Origin: a virus
DNA length: 64,000 bases
IMG/VR virus record: IMGVR_UViG_3300046170_000433
Span: 11,616 to 75,615 of that record
Strand: one strand, 5' to 3'
Part shown: positions 1 to 10,300 of the stretch, piece after piece
How the letters are laid out: each line of letters opens with the position of its first letter
Numbering within the stretch: position 1 is the first letter of the stretch
Notes under the pieces: generated by a model
What the model was told of the DNA's origin: nothing
Databases searched by the model: none
What the model saw: only the letters and a program-made list of their open reading frames with translations
Made by a program: the position numbers and the translations under genes

Positions 1-318
1 GCACAGATTGAGCAAGTCAAGGAGAAGCTATACAAGGATTTGCTCGCCTTCCTCAAGGACGAGCCAGTCAAGCGTGAGGAAGTTGTGGAGGTAGAAGACC
101 CAACTCAACCAATCGTGGAAGAGCCTAAGCCTGAGCCTAAGCCTAAACCTAAGCCAAAGCCTAAGCCCAAGCCTGCTGACAACGAGGTTGCTACTGCAAT
201 CGTCACTCTACTCAACAGCAGTAAGGGTGCTGGTATCACAGAGGAGAGAGTCCGTGAGATAGTCCGTGAGGAAATATCTAAGATGGTCGATCAACTCTAT
301 ATCGGTGTGCTTTCATGA
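1..318 (+). CDS. 5'-truncated hypothetical protein with Pro-Lys linker
   Basis: Frame is open from position 1 (AQIEQVKEKLYKDLLAF...); contains an EPKPEPKPKPKPKPKPKP tract; ATGA overlap with next ORF. Confidence 0.7.
   Translation, partial: AQIEQVKEKLYKDLLAFLKDEPVKREEVVEVEDPTQPIVEEPKPEPKPKPKPKPKPKPADNEVATAIVTLLNSSKGAGITEERVREIVREEISKMVDQLYIGVLS
121..176 (+). repeat. 6-bp tandem repeat (cctaag-like) encoding (PK)n
   Basis: gagcctaagcctgagcctaagcctaaacctaagccaaagcctaagcccaagcct. Confidence 0.85.
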
Positions 319-593
319 GTAACCGAATGCCTGAAGAAGCGGAGGAGGAGGTACAGCCCCCTCCGTTTGATATGGATGGAACCTACAAGCATTTCAATGA
401 GAATGCCATACCTATGGATATGTGGTCTAAATCAGAATGCTTGATGGCTAGATTCCAAGAGCTATCCCTGCCTATGGAGCTATACCCGAGTTGCTACATG
501 CAAGTCGAGCAAGGTGCTATGCTCCTTATGTGGACGGTGGATAAAGAAAAAGAACAAGTAGGCTATGCCCTACATATGTTACCTCAGACCTAA
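315..593 (+). CDS. hypothetical protein
   Basis: 92-aa ORF coupled to the upstream ORF. Confidence 0.6.
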   Translation: MSNRMPEEAEEEVQPPPFDMDGTYKHFNENAIPMDMWSKSECLMARFQELSLPMELYPSCYMQVEQGAMLLMWTVDKEKEQVGYALHMLPQT

Positions 594-604
594 CCTAACA
601 ATTT

Positions 605-774
605 GAGCTAAGCAGATTCCTAGTGAGTCTCCCTCTATTTGCCCCACAAAAAAGCGAAGAAGCATCTTATGTATGTGCTTCCTAGCTGGGGTTGTCTGAG
701 GACGGGGAGACAAGGGATATGGCAAGCGTGGGCAGAAAATCCACGTGATAACCCGAAACCTGTCTGCACGGCTC
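605..774 (+). ncRNA. candidate structured non-coding RNA (multi-stem)
   Basis: Nested pairings 605-608/771-774, 612-616/763-767, 627-633/705-711, 641-646/687-692, 659-664/676-681, 714-720/748-754, 727-731/741-745 in an intergenic gap. Confidence 0.45.
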
Positions 775-798
775 TAAACCTAAAGAAAGGAAATCAAG

Positions 799-1731
799 AT
801 GATAAATATGTACAGAGACACACACTACCACAACCCATACTTAGATGGATATAATAAAGAACTACTACTCAACAATCTGTCTCGAGGGATAGAGGCATGC
901 ATCCTCGCAAAGTGGGGAACTGTCGGAGTCGATATGGCTGTTGAGAAAAGTGTAATTCAAGCAATGGAGGCATGTAAGATTGATGCATCCTTCCTTGAGG
1001 TCAAGTGGCCTGCTCCTATGATTCGTATGCAATTCGAAGGTAAAGAGCGTAAGGACTTGTGGATCGCACGAGGCAATTACAAGGAGATGATGGAGGAGGG
1101 AACTAGGCTAGCTCGATGGAGTGGTGACAAGCATCAGCTTGATGGCATTGAAACCATGAAGTCGCTATATGAGCATCCTTCCTCTGTAGAGTGGTCAGAT
1201 GATACCATACTATATTCTATCCAGAATGTTAGTGAGAGGGGAAATATCAACGGTCACTTTGCGTCTTCGACCACTGGCGAGAACCTAATTTCCGACTTGC
1301 ACAAGGCTAGTATCCATGACGATCCAGACCCCGAGAATAGTGCTAGGGTAATATTCGATCATGTGATGTTGGCTTTGAAGGTCATGAGTTATGCATCAAA
1401 TGAATACTTCCGCCCGACACCAGTCAGGAAAGACAATGTGAAGCTTCGGAAGAAACTAAAAAACAAAGGCTTTGATGTGCGCAAGAAGGGTAGTCTTCAA
1501 AGGGTTGTTTACCTCCCTAAGATTGTCCGAGAAGCATGCTCAAAGTCTAAGAGTTATACACCTACTAAACCATTACAGAACGGGAGAATCGGTTTCTTGA
1601 GGCAACTGAGGTCTGACTACTTTGTAAACAAGCAAGGTCAGTCCGTCCTTATCCCTCCCCTACCCGACAAGAACGGTAGATTCCCTAAAGTTCTATACAA
1701 GGTCAAAGACATCAAAGACTTGGCCGCCTAA
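799..1731 (+). CDS. hypothetical protein (310 aa, basic C-terminus)
   Basis: Long ORF with SD-like AAGGA upstream; no recognised motif. Confidence 0.75.
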   Translation: MINMYRDTHYHNPYLDGYNKELLLNNLSRGIEACILAKWGTVGVDMAVEKSVIQAMEACKIDASFLEVKWPAPMIRMQFEGKERKDLWIARGNYKEMMEEGTRLARWSGDKHQLDGIETMKSLYEHPSSVEWSDDTILYSIQNVSERGNINGHFASSTTGENLISDLHKASIHDDPDPENSARVIFDHVMLALKVMSYASNEYFRPTPVRKDNVKLRKKLKNKGFDVRKKGSLQRVVYLPKIVREACSKSKSYTPTKPLQNGRIGFLRQLRSDYFVNKQGQSVLIPPLPDKNGRFPKVLYKVKDIKDLAA

Positions 1732-1758
1732 CACAAACCCGCTAACGAAAGGAACGTC

Positions 1759-4245
1759 ATGAAATATAATATGTGGCTTAACCCACTTGGTGCTATCCGT
1801 ACCAGTCCAACTAAAAATACTAGCATAGATGCTAAGCTGTCCTATGTGGACGGCATGACTCCTATGGCACTTGTCGTTGTGTCTACTGACAGACGCGTAC
1901 TGCAAGAGCTGTATAATAATCACAATGTAGAAATAGAGCCTAACTCTAAGGCAAGTATCAATGAGGCACTCAATGAATCTAAGTTCACGCCTCCACCACT
2001 CCGCCCATTAACTCCTTATGAGATGGTGGGCATGATCGATGAGGTCAAGTTGCTCGAGGCAAAGGAAATACCTGAGAAGCCCAAGGACTTCAAGTACCAT
2101 GGTGAAGGCTCTTGGCCTAATATCAAGAAAGGTAACAAGTATAAGTTCCGTAGGCTCAAGTACTCGTATGCTCGCCCTCTTAGTAAGAAGAAGATGCACA
2201 CGGATCCTGATGGCAGAACCTATGTCCTTGACCATGAGCTTGAGCGTTATGGTGTAGATGCCGGATATGTTTTCCGTGACGAGGACAATCAAGAGTTTGT
2301 CTTCCGAGATAATCCAGTTGGGCAAGGAGAGTTCGCAAGCACATGGGTATGGAAGTTCTTTGAGATGCCCGAAATAAAAACGGTTGCAGAACATAGACCA
2401 AAGCTATTCGAGCATTACAATAAGAAGCTAGAGCTACTCGAAGAACTAAATGGTATACCATTCTATCCTGGGCAGAAGGATTACATAGCTCGTGTACTCT
2501 GTGTGGATGAGGCTATGGTGAGTGGTGATGTCGGCACTGGTAAGACTTGCATGGCTATCTCTATCAAGAATGCCAAGAATGCTAAGCGTTGTCTTATTGT
2601 TGCACCCAAAGGTACGGTCAAAGATGCATCGGGTCATTCAGTCAAGCATGACCCAGCTCAATGGGTAGCTGAGATAAACAAGTTCTCCCCTGATACAAAG
2701 GTGTACACATTGTTCACCCTTGATGACTACAAGTCATTGCTTCGCCCCAATGGTACTTTACCTCCAGGTATGTACATTACTTATCCCAATGCCTTCTGTA
2801 CTACCAAGGCATTTGAGAAGATTCCTAAAGCTTGGGCTGCCAATAAGCGTGAACAGAAATTCCGTGAGCGTCTTAGGGACTTGGACTTCGATGCACCTTA
2901 TGACAAGGAGAAGCCACCCTCTACTGAGAATCAATGGCATCGTGGTGTCGGGCAGACTCGCAATGGATTCACCTGCATAGTCAAGCCTAGCCTGTGTACC
3001 TTATCCAAGCATCAGTTTGATATGGCTCTGATCGATGAGGCTCACATCATGCAGACACTAGACTCAGCAGTAACATCATGCCTACTTAGATTACAACCCA
3101 AGTATAGATATGCTTTTACGGCTACACCTGTACCCAATATGCTACCAAACATATTCCCGATAGCAGGTTGGCTAGCTGTACCTAACTGGTATCACGGTGA
3201 GAAGAGTAATCCAAGATGGCCTTATACCATCGAGGGTGAGGGTGACTTCAAGTCCACATTCCATACCCAAGAGCGTGACTTCACCGAGGAGTCTGTCCGT
3301 AACAATGGAAGCTATTGTGTAAAGATTTCACCCACAATCAGTCAGACTCAGCGACTACTCAAGGTACTCAAGTCTATCGTTGCCTACATATCCAAGGAAG
3401 AATGCAATCCTGATGTAGTAGATTGCGAAGTAGAAACTATCCGTGTACCTCTTGGCTTTGCTCAGAAGAAGCTGTATGCACACAACCTAGATATATCTAA
3501 TATCCCATGGCGTGATCCAAAGACAAAGTATGGTGTGCAGTTACAGAGACTCAGAGGCATCTGTGCAGATCCTGCTGGAAGAAGCTTCAATAATGATTGG
3601 GTAAGTTCCAACTTTAATCCAAAGCTCATCACAACCCTAGAGCTTATTGGTGATGTACTCCAGAAGGGTGAGCAAATAATTCACATATCGTCATCATGTG
3701 GTCAAACGACAGAGCTGATCAAGAGACTTGGAGAGGCTGGAATTGAGTGTTCACGCATTGACTCTGAAGCTAGCAACCATGTCCGTGAGGCTAACAACTT
3801 CAAGAATGGTAAGACTAAGGTACTAGCAATGGGTGCTAAGTGTGCTGTTGGTCATAGCTTCAAGGATTGTAATAACATGATCATCGGTTCGTTTGACTGG
3901 AGCTTCGGTGCTTTCCATCAAGCCATGGGTAGAGTCTATCGACTTAACTCTACCAAGGATGTAAATATTAAAGTTCTACTTAATAAAGACACAATCGAAG
4001 AAGCCATGTTTGATAAGCTTGCAGACAAGCGTGATGCAGCAACGGTATGCCTTCTCGGTGAGTATGTACCTGCTGACTTCAAGGAGGGTGATGCTAGTGA
4101 AGTATTCGCTGAACACTTCCTTGCCTTCGATAGTGAGAGAGTTGATACAGAACCTGAGATAAAGATGGAAGCCCAATGGGGTAAGCTAAAAGGTAAGCTA
4201 GCTGTCCAAGCCAATGTCGAAATTAAGGATAAACAATTAGCTTGA
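1759..4245 (+). CDS. SNF2/SF2-family helicase
   Basis: Walker A GDVGTGKT, motif II LIDEAH, motif III FTATP, motif VI QAMGRVYR, C-terminal TIEE. Confidence 0.88.
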   Translation: MKYNMWLNPLGAIRTSPTKNTSIDAKLSYVDGMTPMALVVVSTDRRVLQELYNNHNVEIEPNSKASINEALNESKFTPPPLRPLTPYEMVGMIDEVKLLEAKEIPEKPKDFKYHGEGSWPNIKKGNKYKFRRLKYSYARPLSKKKMHTDPDGRTYVLDHELERYGVDAGYVFRDEDNQEFVFRDNPVGQGEFASTWVWKFFEMPEIKTVAEHRPKLFEHYNKKLELLEELNGIPFYPGQKDYIARVLCVDEAMVSGDVGTGKTCMAISIKNAKNAKRCLIVAPKGTVKDASGHSVKHDPAQWVAEINKFSPDTKVYTLFTLDDYKSLLRPNGTLPPGMYITYPNAFCTTKAFEKIPKAWAANKREQKFRERLRDLDFDAPYDKEKPPSTENQWHRGVGQTRNGFTCIVKPSLCTLSKHQFDMALIDEAHIMQTLDSAVTSCLLRLQPKYRYAFTATPVPNMLPNIFPIAGWLAVPNWYHGEKSNPRWPYTIEGEGDFKSTFHTQERDFTEESVRNNGSYCVKISPTISQTQRLLKVLKSIVAYISKEECNPDVVDCEVETIRVPLGFAQKKLYAHNLDISNIPWRDPKTKYGVQLQRLRGICADPAGRSFNNDWVSSNFNPKLITTLELIGDVLQKGEQIIHISSSCGQTTELIKRLGEAGIECSRIDSEASNHVREANNFKNGKTKVLAMGAKCAVGHSFKDCNNMIIGSFDWSFGAFHQAMGRVYRLNSTKDVNIKVLLNKDTIEEAMFDKLADKRDAATVCLLGEYVPADFKEGDASEVFAEHFLAFDSERVDTEPEIKMEAQWGKLKGKLAVQANVEIKDKQLA

Positions 4246-4250
4246 TTAAG

Positions 4251-4277
4251 TGTAACCTAATGAATAGGAGTGTAACA
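4251..4277. promoter_or_regulatory. variant/half copy of the 24-bp palindrome upstream of recombinase 1
   Basis: TGTAACCTA-ATGAA-TAGGAGTGTAACA just before ATG 4280. Confidence 0.45.
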
Positions 4278-4279
4278 AA

Positions 4280-5320
4280 ATGAAAATAACTAAGAGTGAA
4301 AATGGGAACTTCTCAGTAAAGTACAAGGATGCTTCTGGTAACTCTAGGTCAACCAACCTACGCACCAAAGATCGGAAGGAAGCCAGTAGACTAGTAAAAG
4401 ATTTACGCATCGAGGAGCTTGAGCAAGCTGGCAAGCTTGGAGTATTGTCAGCCGAGGTGATTACCAAGATTGCTGGCAGTAAGTCCATGAAGTATTGGGA
4501 TGTTGTCCAGGAATACGAGCAGCACATGAGAATGTCTGCTATCTCCGAGAACTCCATCTATACGATGATGGCTATCTTTGAACACTTCGGTAAGCTGTAC
4601 AAGGTTATAGATAAACCTATGGCATTAATTGAAGATAAGAAGATATATAATTATCTGAACACCGCTGATGACACATCACTAAGTAATCGTGCATTACGGA
4701 AGTCTACACTCAGTCAGTTGTGGAACTTTGCTCAGATAAAGATGTATGTCATGGTAAACCCAATGATGTTTATCAAGATCGATAAGTCTAAGCTCAAGCA
4801 TGAGCAGAAGACTCCGAAGGAAAGAAAGATATTCTACAAGAAGGAAGTGGATAAGATTATCAAGCATGCCCCTTACTTCTTTAGGCAGGCTACAGCGTTA
4901 TCCTATTGGACTGGTCTTAGGCTCGGTGATATCTGTTCTCTCGAGTGGGCAAGCATCAAGGATCGTAATCGTCTAGTCGTATGGACAGAGAAAAGAGATA
5001 AGCTAGTATCAATTGATACCATGGATCCTGCCTTTGGTGGTGGGATTGTAAAAGAAGTACTAGCCGAGATTGATGTAGAGGATAAGGTCTACTGCTTTCC
5101 TTCATGGCACAAGACCATGAGTGACCCCAAGAATAGGTCAAAGGCTAGTGTTTACTTCGGCAGGATCTGCGAACGATTAGAGATTCACGGCAGAAGCTTT
5201 CATTGCCTTCGCCATTCCTGTATCACAAGGTTAAGTAAGATCGGTGTGAGTATTGAAGCTATCGGCAAGGCTGTTGGTCATTCTAATACCAAGACAACCG
5301 AAGGCTATATACACAAGTGA
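4280..5320 (+). CDS. tyrosine recombinase/integrase 1
   Basis: Catalytic motifs TGLRLGD, FHCLRHS, GHS...TEGY; N-terminal arm-binding-like segment (KYKDASGNSRSTNLRTKDRKEA). Confidence 0.92.
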   Translation: MKITKSENGNFSVKYKDASGNSRSTNLRTKDRKEASRLVKDLRIEELEQAGKLGVLSAEVITKIAGSKSMKYWDVVQEYEQHMRMSAISENSIYTMMAIFEHFGKLYKVIDKPMALIEDKKIYNYLNTADDTSLSNRALRKSTLSQLWNFAQIKMYVMVNPMMFIKIDKSKLKHEQKTPKERKIFYKKEVDKIIKHAPYFFRQATALSYWTGLRLGDICSLEWASIKDRNRLVVWTEKRDKLVSIDTMDPAFGGGIVKEVLAEIDVEDKVYCFPSWHKTMSDPKNRSKASVYFGRICERLEIHGRSFHCLRHSCITRLSKIGVSIEAIGKAVGHSNTKTTEGYIHK

Positions 5321-5539
5321 CTACTTGTTAAGTTCGAAGAGGCGTTTGATATCATCGCGCCTATCTTCGACTACCTTCTCAAGGTTATTGATACGCTCGT
5401 GATTCCTAGCTTGGTTAATCTCCAGTCTAGCATTCCTTGCCTTAATTAAATCAATCTCCTCTTTCATTCTCTTTAGAAAGAAACCTAGCACTGATAGTGC
5501 AGCACCAACTCCTATGAGAATATAGTAGTCCATGCTCAC
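5321..5539 (-). CDS. small membrane-anchored coiled-coil protein
   Basis: N-terminal hydrophobic helix YYILIGVGAALSVLGFFL followed by a coiled coil. Confidence 0.65.
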   Translation of the reverse strand: MSMDYYILIGVGAALSVLGFFLKRMKEEIDLIKARNARLEINQARNHERINNLEKVVEDRRDDIKRLFELNK

Positions 5540-5787
5540 TTCATTGACTTCTTACCACGACACTTCCACTTCTTGCGGGAAAGAGCATTGGCACATGGTG
5601 GGTTCTTACACTTCTTTATACCAGCAGAACGTGCGCAATAGGCATCGCCCTTCTTTGTCCCAGGACGTATTCGGTCACCCCCACCCTTAGCTTTACCCTT
5701 CTGCCCGAAAGAACGGCACTTGCCTTTTACTCTCTTAGCAAAGCGCTTACCCTTGGTGGGTTTACATGCTTTCTTCTTAGCAGGCAT
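5536..5787 (-). CDS. small Lys/Cys-rich basic protein
   Basis: Motifs RSFGQKG, AYCARSAGIK and SRKKWKC; coupled to neighbours. Confidence 0.75.
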   Translation of the reverse strand: MPAKKKACKPTKGKRFAKRVKGKCRSFGQKGKAKGGGDRIRPGTKKGDAYCARSAGIKKCKNPPCANALSRKKWKCRGKKSMK

Positions 5788-5909
5788 TAATACTTCTTCC
5801 TGCCCATAGGCTTCTTGCCCACAGGTTTCTTGGCTTTAGCTTTATATGCTTTAGCAGCTGCTTTGCCTTTTTTAGTGTATGGGAATTTTTTTCCATTAAT
5901 GTTTGGCAT
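5787..5909 (-). CDS. 40-aa basic peptide MPNINGKKFPYTKKGKAAAKAYKAKAKKPVGKKPMGRKKY (not in ORF track)
   Basis: Manual translation; TAATG overlap with the 5787 start. Confidence 0.7.
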   Translation of the reverse strand: MPNINGKKFPYTKKGKAAAKAYKAKAKKPVGKKPMGRKKY

Positions 5910-5910
5910 T

Positions 5911-6144
5911 TTATTTATCTCCTTTTTTGGTTTTCTTTTTTTTCCACGAAATTCTTGCCGGCCCCTTCTTCTTCTTCATACTGGAATTACATTGAGCCTT
6001 CGTAGGTCTACATGCTGGGTAAGGTCTTTTGCTCTTACCCTTCTTGGCTGACTTCCTACCACAAGGCTTGCCTGTACGGCAGTCGATCCAGCCCTTCCCC
6101 CCATTACGGGAGAACCATTTCTTTAGACCCTCCTTAGCCATCAC
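5911..6144 (-). CDS. small basic protein (GLKKWF...GWIDCRTGKPCGR...YPACRP)
   Basis: ORF track; Lys/Cys-rich; coupled to neighbours. Confidence 0.75.
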   Translation of the reverse strand: MMAKEGLKKWFSRNGGKGWIDCRTGKPCGRKSAKKGKSKRPYPACRPTKAQCNSSMKKKKGPARISWKKKKTKKGDK

Positions 6145-6293
6145 TTCTTCTTAGACTTGTTCCCCCAATTCTTAGCTCCAACCTTCCGGCATTTAACTAA
6201 TGCACCAGAGGCATAAGCACTAGGCCATTTGGTGTAACGTCTCTTAACCTTGTGATAACAAGCGTCCTTCTTAGACTTCTTCTTCTTCGCCAT
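6141..6293 (-). CDS. 50-aa basic peptide MAKKKKSKKDACYHKVKRRYTKWPSAYASGALVKCRKVGAKNWGNKSKKK (not in ORF track)
   Basis: Manual translation; GAGG upstream; WPSAYASG motif recalled from marine phage proteins. Confidence 0.75.
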   Translation of the reverse strand: MAKKKKSKKDACYHKVKRRYTKWPSAYASGALVKCRKVGAKNWGNKSKKK

Positions 6294-6516
6294 CCTCTTC
6301 TAATATCTCCGATCCTAAGTCCATTACCATTGGAGTTCCCAAGAACTGCATGGATGTGAACAAGCATCCAACCATTGTTTCTCTTGTTAAATCAAATTCG
6401 CTGGAGAATCTTTCAATGAGATTCTCTAGTTCGAAAGTGAAAGCATCGACCTGCTCGTGATACTCCATTACTTTCTTTTCGGCTGAATCCTGCGGTTCTT
6501 TTTCTTGGTCAGACAT
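6271..6516 (-). CDS. small acidic protein
   Basis: 81-aa Asp/Glu-rich ORF. Confidence 0.6.
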   Translation of the reverse strand: MSDQEKEPQDSAEKKVMEYHEQVDAFTFELENLIERFSSEFDLTRETMVGCLFTSMQFLGTPMVMDLGSEILEEDGEEEEV

Positions 6517-6704
6517 TTTATGTTACTTCGTTTGTTATTACGTGGGTTGCCATCTTTATGATGAGCTTCCTTCCCCTTACCACACTTGGCTATGCGCCTA
6601 GCTTTATTCCTGCCTGCCCTTCTCTTCTTCTGTTCAGGTGTACCATGATAATCATACTCAGAGCCTTTAGCTCCTTTCTTATAAACTCTAGGCTTTCTTG
6701 CCAC
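6468..6704 (-). CDS. small basic HNH-type protein
   Basis: HHKDGNPRNN...N...NR HNH signature. Confidence 0.7.
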   Translation of the reverse strand: MARKPRVYKKGAKGSEYDYHGTPEQKKRRAGRNKARRIAKCGKGKEAHHKDGNPRNNKRSNIKCLTKKKNRRIQPKRK

Positions 6705-6883
6705 GTCTCTTGAGGTGTGGGTTCAGTTTCTTCTTAGTTCGATCTGCCTTCTTGTGACAGCAACATTTCTTTTGTTTTCTTCCCTTCATCTTTTCTTTTT
6801 GATTGGTTTCTTGAGGGTACATAAGGATTTTTTCTTATCTGAAGCTTGCTCTTGTTCCTTGGTTATTGAGTATTTCATATATA

Positions 6884-6907
6884 TGTATTCTAGATTACTA
6901 GGTTACA
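6884..6907. promoter_or_regulatory. 24-bp palindrome upstream of the basic-peptide cluster
   Basis: TGTATTCTA-GATTAC-TAGGTTACA; minus-strand ATG at 6878. Confidence 0.65.
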
Positions 6908-7323
6908 GCTTACAAATTAAATCCCATCCGTATCTATACTTCTCCCACATTCCCTCACTCTCAGGGTTGGGATATAGCTTGATGGTCATTCTATTCCCAA
7001 TATCTTTCTTTGGTATAATGTACCAAATTCTATCTCCACCCCTTACTATTACTGCAGCTAAGTAGTCGTATACATTTTTCCCATACCTCTTCTTTGCATT
7101 ACTCTTACAGCCCATTGAAGTATTAATATTATATCCGCACTTTCCAGTTAGTACGGGTACAAGTACCTTTTATCTGAATCTTTGATAATCCACCTTTGCC
7201 ATCCACTACTGCATCATACTGAGAATAGTCTCCCACGGGCATAGATACGTCTAGTCCTCTTTCTAGAGCCTCACATACAAACATCTGCTCGTATAGTGTT
7301 CCGGCTCTTTTGTTCAGACTCAT
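6903..7323 (-). CDS. PD-(D/E)XK endonuclease, split by a frameshift near 7140
   Basis: GTLYE...PVGDYSQYDAVVD...IQIKG continues in another frame as GKCGYNINTSMG...YDYLAAV...WYIIP. Confidence 0.7.
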
Positions 7324-10300
7324 AGAACTAGTCTTCTAAGCTCCTCTGAGTATTGAGACGTATTCTTTCTCGGCTTAGTGGGCGATCCGCCTATCCCTCT
7401 CAGATAGAAGTCATGGTTCTGCATGGACATAAGAAGTTTTTGCCTCCTAGAGTCACTAAGGACGCTAAGGATTGCCTGCATATCAGGATCTGACAGAGCG
7501 TACCTTGTGACGCCTTGCCTTATGTGTTTCCTCTTAAATTTCTCAATGACATCCTTCCTTGGGTCTTCCGCTTGTGACAAGGATAAGGCGGTCCTGTATG
7601 CTTCCTTGAATGCCTCTTTATCATTTGCGTATGCTGCCCTCTCCATCTTCTTCAATGCATTACCCATGGCGGTAGCAGTATAAGTCATGAAGCCACCTTT
7701 GCGCATCTCCATACCCATGACCTTGGAGTAAACTCGAAGTGAGTTTCTCATGCCAGTTATATCAGTTATTTGTCTCTCTGTTGCAAGCAGTCCCGTTGGG
7801 TCTATATCCTCGATGTCTGTTAGATGTGTAGCCATCTGCATATTCTGGACTACAGAGTTTAATCCCATGGAATACATAAGTGGTCGGACAACATTGCTAT
7901 AATCAGGCATTAACTTCTCTGTGTTAAATTCCCCTTCCGTTAAGTCTGTAAAGAAGCCACTAGTCTTTACTGCATTGAAGTAATTATTAACAGCGTTGTA
8001 GCTGTTCATCAGACTAGATATGGCTAGCACTCTACGTGTTGGGTCGAACTGCCCTGCCCTCGAGGTCGGGTCTAACTGACCTATGATGAGTGGTGAGGCA
8101 AATTCTTGTACGATACCTAACACATTGTTAGCACGTGCTGCTCTTTCAAAGACTGCGATACCATCAAACCTCGGGTCAGTTGCTGCAAGAGGAAGGCCGA
8201 TGATAGGAAGAGCTGCTGTTGCTGGTAGCTTGCGTAAAGAACTAGGTTTACCAAGGACTTCCTCGTCCCACCAGTCTGTGAACATCGTAAATGCAATACC
8301 AGCAGGTACGAGCCAAGCTGTAGACATGAGCATATACCTAATACTCTCTCTAATAGCTAGCTGACCATCTTTGTTCTTCATCTGCTCAAGACCTTTACCT
8401 GCTGATGATACAGACCATCCAACAAGTGGAGACAAGAACTGACCAGTGCCACTTTGTGTCCAAGAACCCTTACCGGCCATGGTATCATAGGTTACTTCTG
8501 ACATAGCTATGTTGTAGGATGCCAAGACAGCATCCCTAGTAAGCACTTTAGTCTCTGGGTCAACCTTCAGTCTTCTTCTGTAGTCCTGGGCGAGCTGAGT
8601 GAAAGACATACCCTCAGATACTAGTCTCTGGTTGAGGGATTCAACCATATCTACACTTCCAAATATCCAGCGGTCTAGTTTACTATCTTCGTAACCCAAA
8701 TCACTAGGTTTCACCTCAAATGTGTTGTTGTCCAGTGAGACTCCCTTGGCATCCAGTGCTTTTGCTGTCTGAATAACGAATTTCTCAATGGTATTAGCCA
8801 TCCCAAGTGCTATAGACTTGTTGGTAGCTTGTGCAAGGTATGTAAATGGAGCTGTAAGAGGTGTGAGTAATGATCCTGGGATGTAATTACCACTTGTCTT
8901 TGCTCTTTGACCTGCTCCAATCATAGAAAGTGAGTTTACTGCATTCCGTAAGTTACGTAGACCCTTCTGCATACCTCTGAGGCTACCTTCCTTACCTATT
9001 TCAGTCATGTTCTCACTAAATGACATCATTCCAGCTTCTCTACTGAATACATCTCTCAATTCAGATGCATACTTATCTGCACGAAGCATTTCTATGCCAA
9101 AACTCTCAAGAAAAGACCCTGCAACCTCTCGTGCAAGGTTGGCATATGTTTTACCGACTTGCCTAAAGGCAGTTGGGTTAAGACCAAGCCTTTTTACGAT
9201 ATCAGGAATAGACATTGTGGCTGTCCATGCCCCCTTCATCGTGTTTACCATCCCAAATGCTAATGTGCGCAAGACCTCAAGCCCCAAACTTATGTCTTGG
9301 TTGTTTGAGCTTCTCGAAGTGAAGGCCGCATTGATTGCAGCAAAAGCCTTTTGTGCCTCAACGAAAGTACGAGCCTCTTTGTCGAGCTGATCAAATGAAA
9401 CCCTCTTACCCTTGTTTGCCATGTGGGATTCCATCTTCTTCTTGAATGAACTCCACCAGATTCTATTGGTCTTACTTGGGACTGAACCCGACTTTATTGT
9501 ATAACCCAACTCATCAGCTAGGTTCTTATATGTTGTGTATGAAGGCTGATATTGGTCACGTATTGCACTGTAATTCTCAGTAAGCTTCTCACCTTTCCTT
9601 CCAAATTTAGCGGTCATGAGAATCTTAGACAAGTGTTGTCCAGATGATGTCTCATCATACATCTCGTATTCAAAGAACTCTCCAGGGAGAATGTTATAGA
9701 GACTACGAGCATGAATGGATGAATGTAGTTTTGTACCAGACATCATCGTACTTAAGGATTGCTCGGTGTCTCCGACTGCCTTGGCATCTTCTGTTGCTTC
9801 GGCATGTGCCTTGATTAATGCGTTTGCTCTATGTCTGAATTGACCCAAGAGGTTCGACAAAGTGGTGTCATCTGAATCGGGCAACAATTTCTTTAAATCA
9901 AGTATAGCATTGGCTACCTTGATGCCTGCATTTTCACCCTCTGCATTTCTCCATGCTCTTTCTAACTCCTCGGGCAAGAGTACTCTTACATTATTACCCT
10001 CATCGGTCTGAGAGGTGAGAGTTAATGGAGTTGCATGGGCAGACTTGCCCACAAATATTGGCTTAAAGAACAGATTGGCTATCTTGCCATCAACGAGCTT
10101 ACCCAAGGATTGTACGAAGCTTTCCTCTGCATCCACCTGTTGCACTTCAGCTTCTTTCATTCCGCCAAGTAGCTTCTGAAAAAACTTAGGTTGATAATCC
10201 TCGGACTCATCATAATCGAACTCTGGATCAAGAAGACTAACAACCTCTGCAATCTTAGTCATGTTGAGTTTTCGGGGTGTAGTGTAAACACCTTGATCCA

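Noticed and set aside
696-760. Hammerhead ribozyme (CTGAGGA ... CGAAAC)
   Set aside because: Stems I and III and the cleavage triplet cannot be built with correct geometry
639-854. 71-aa ORF
   Set aside because: TTG start, overlaps the next gene and the structured region; no protein features
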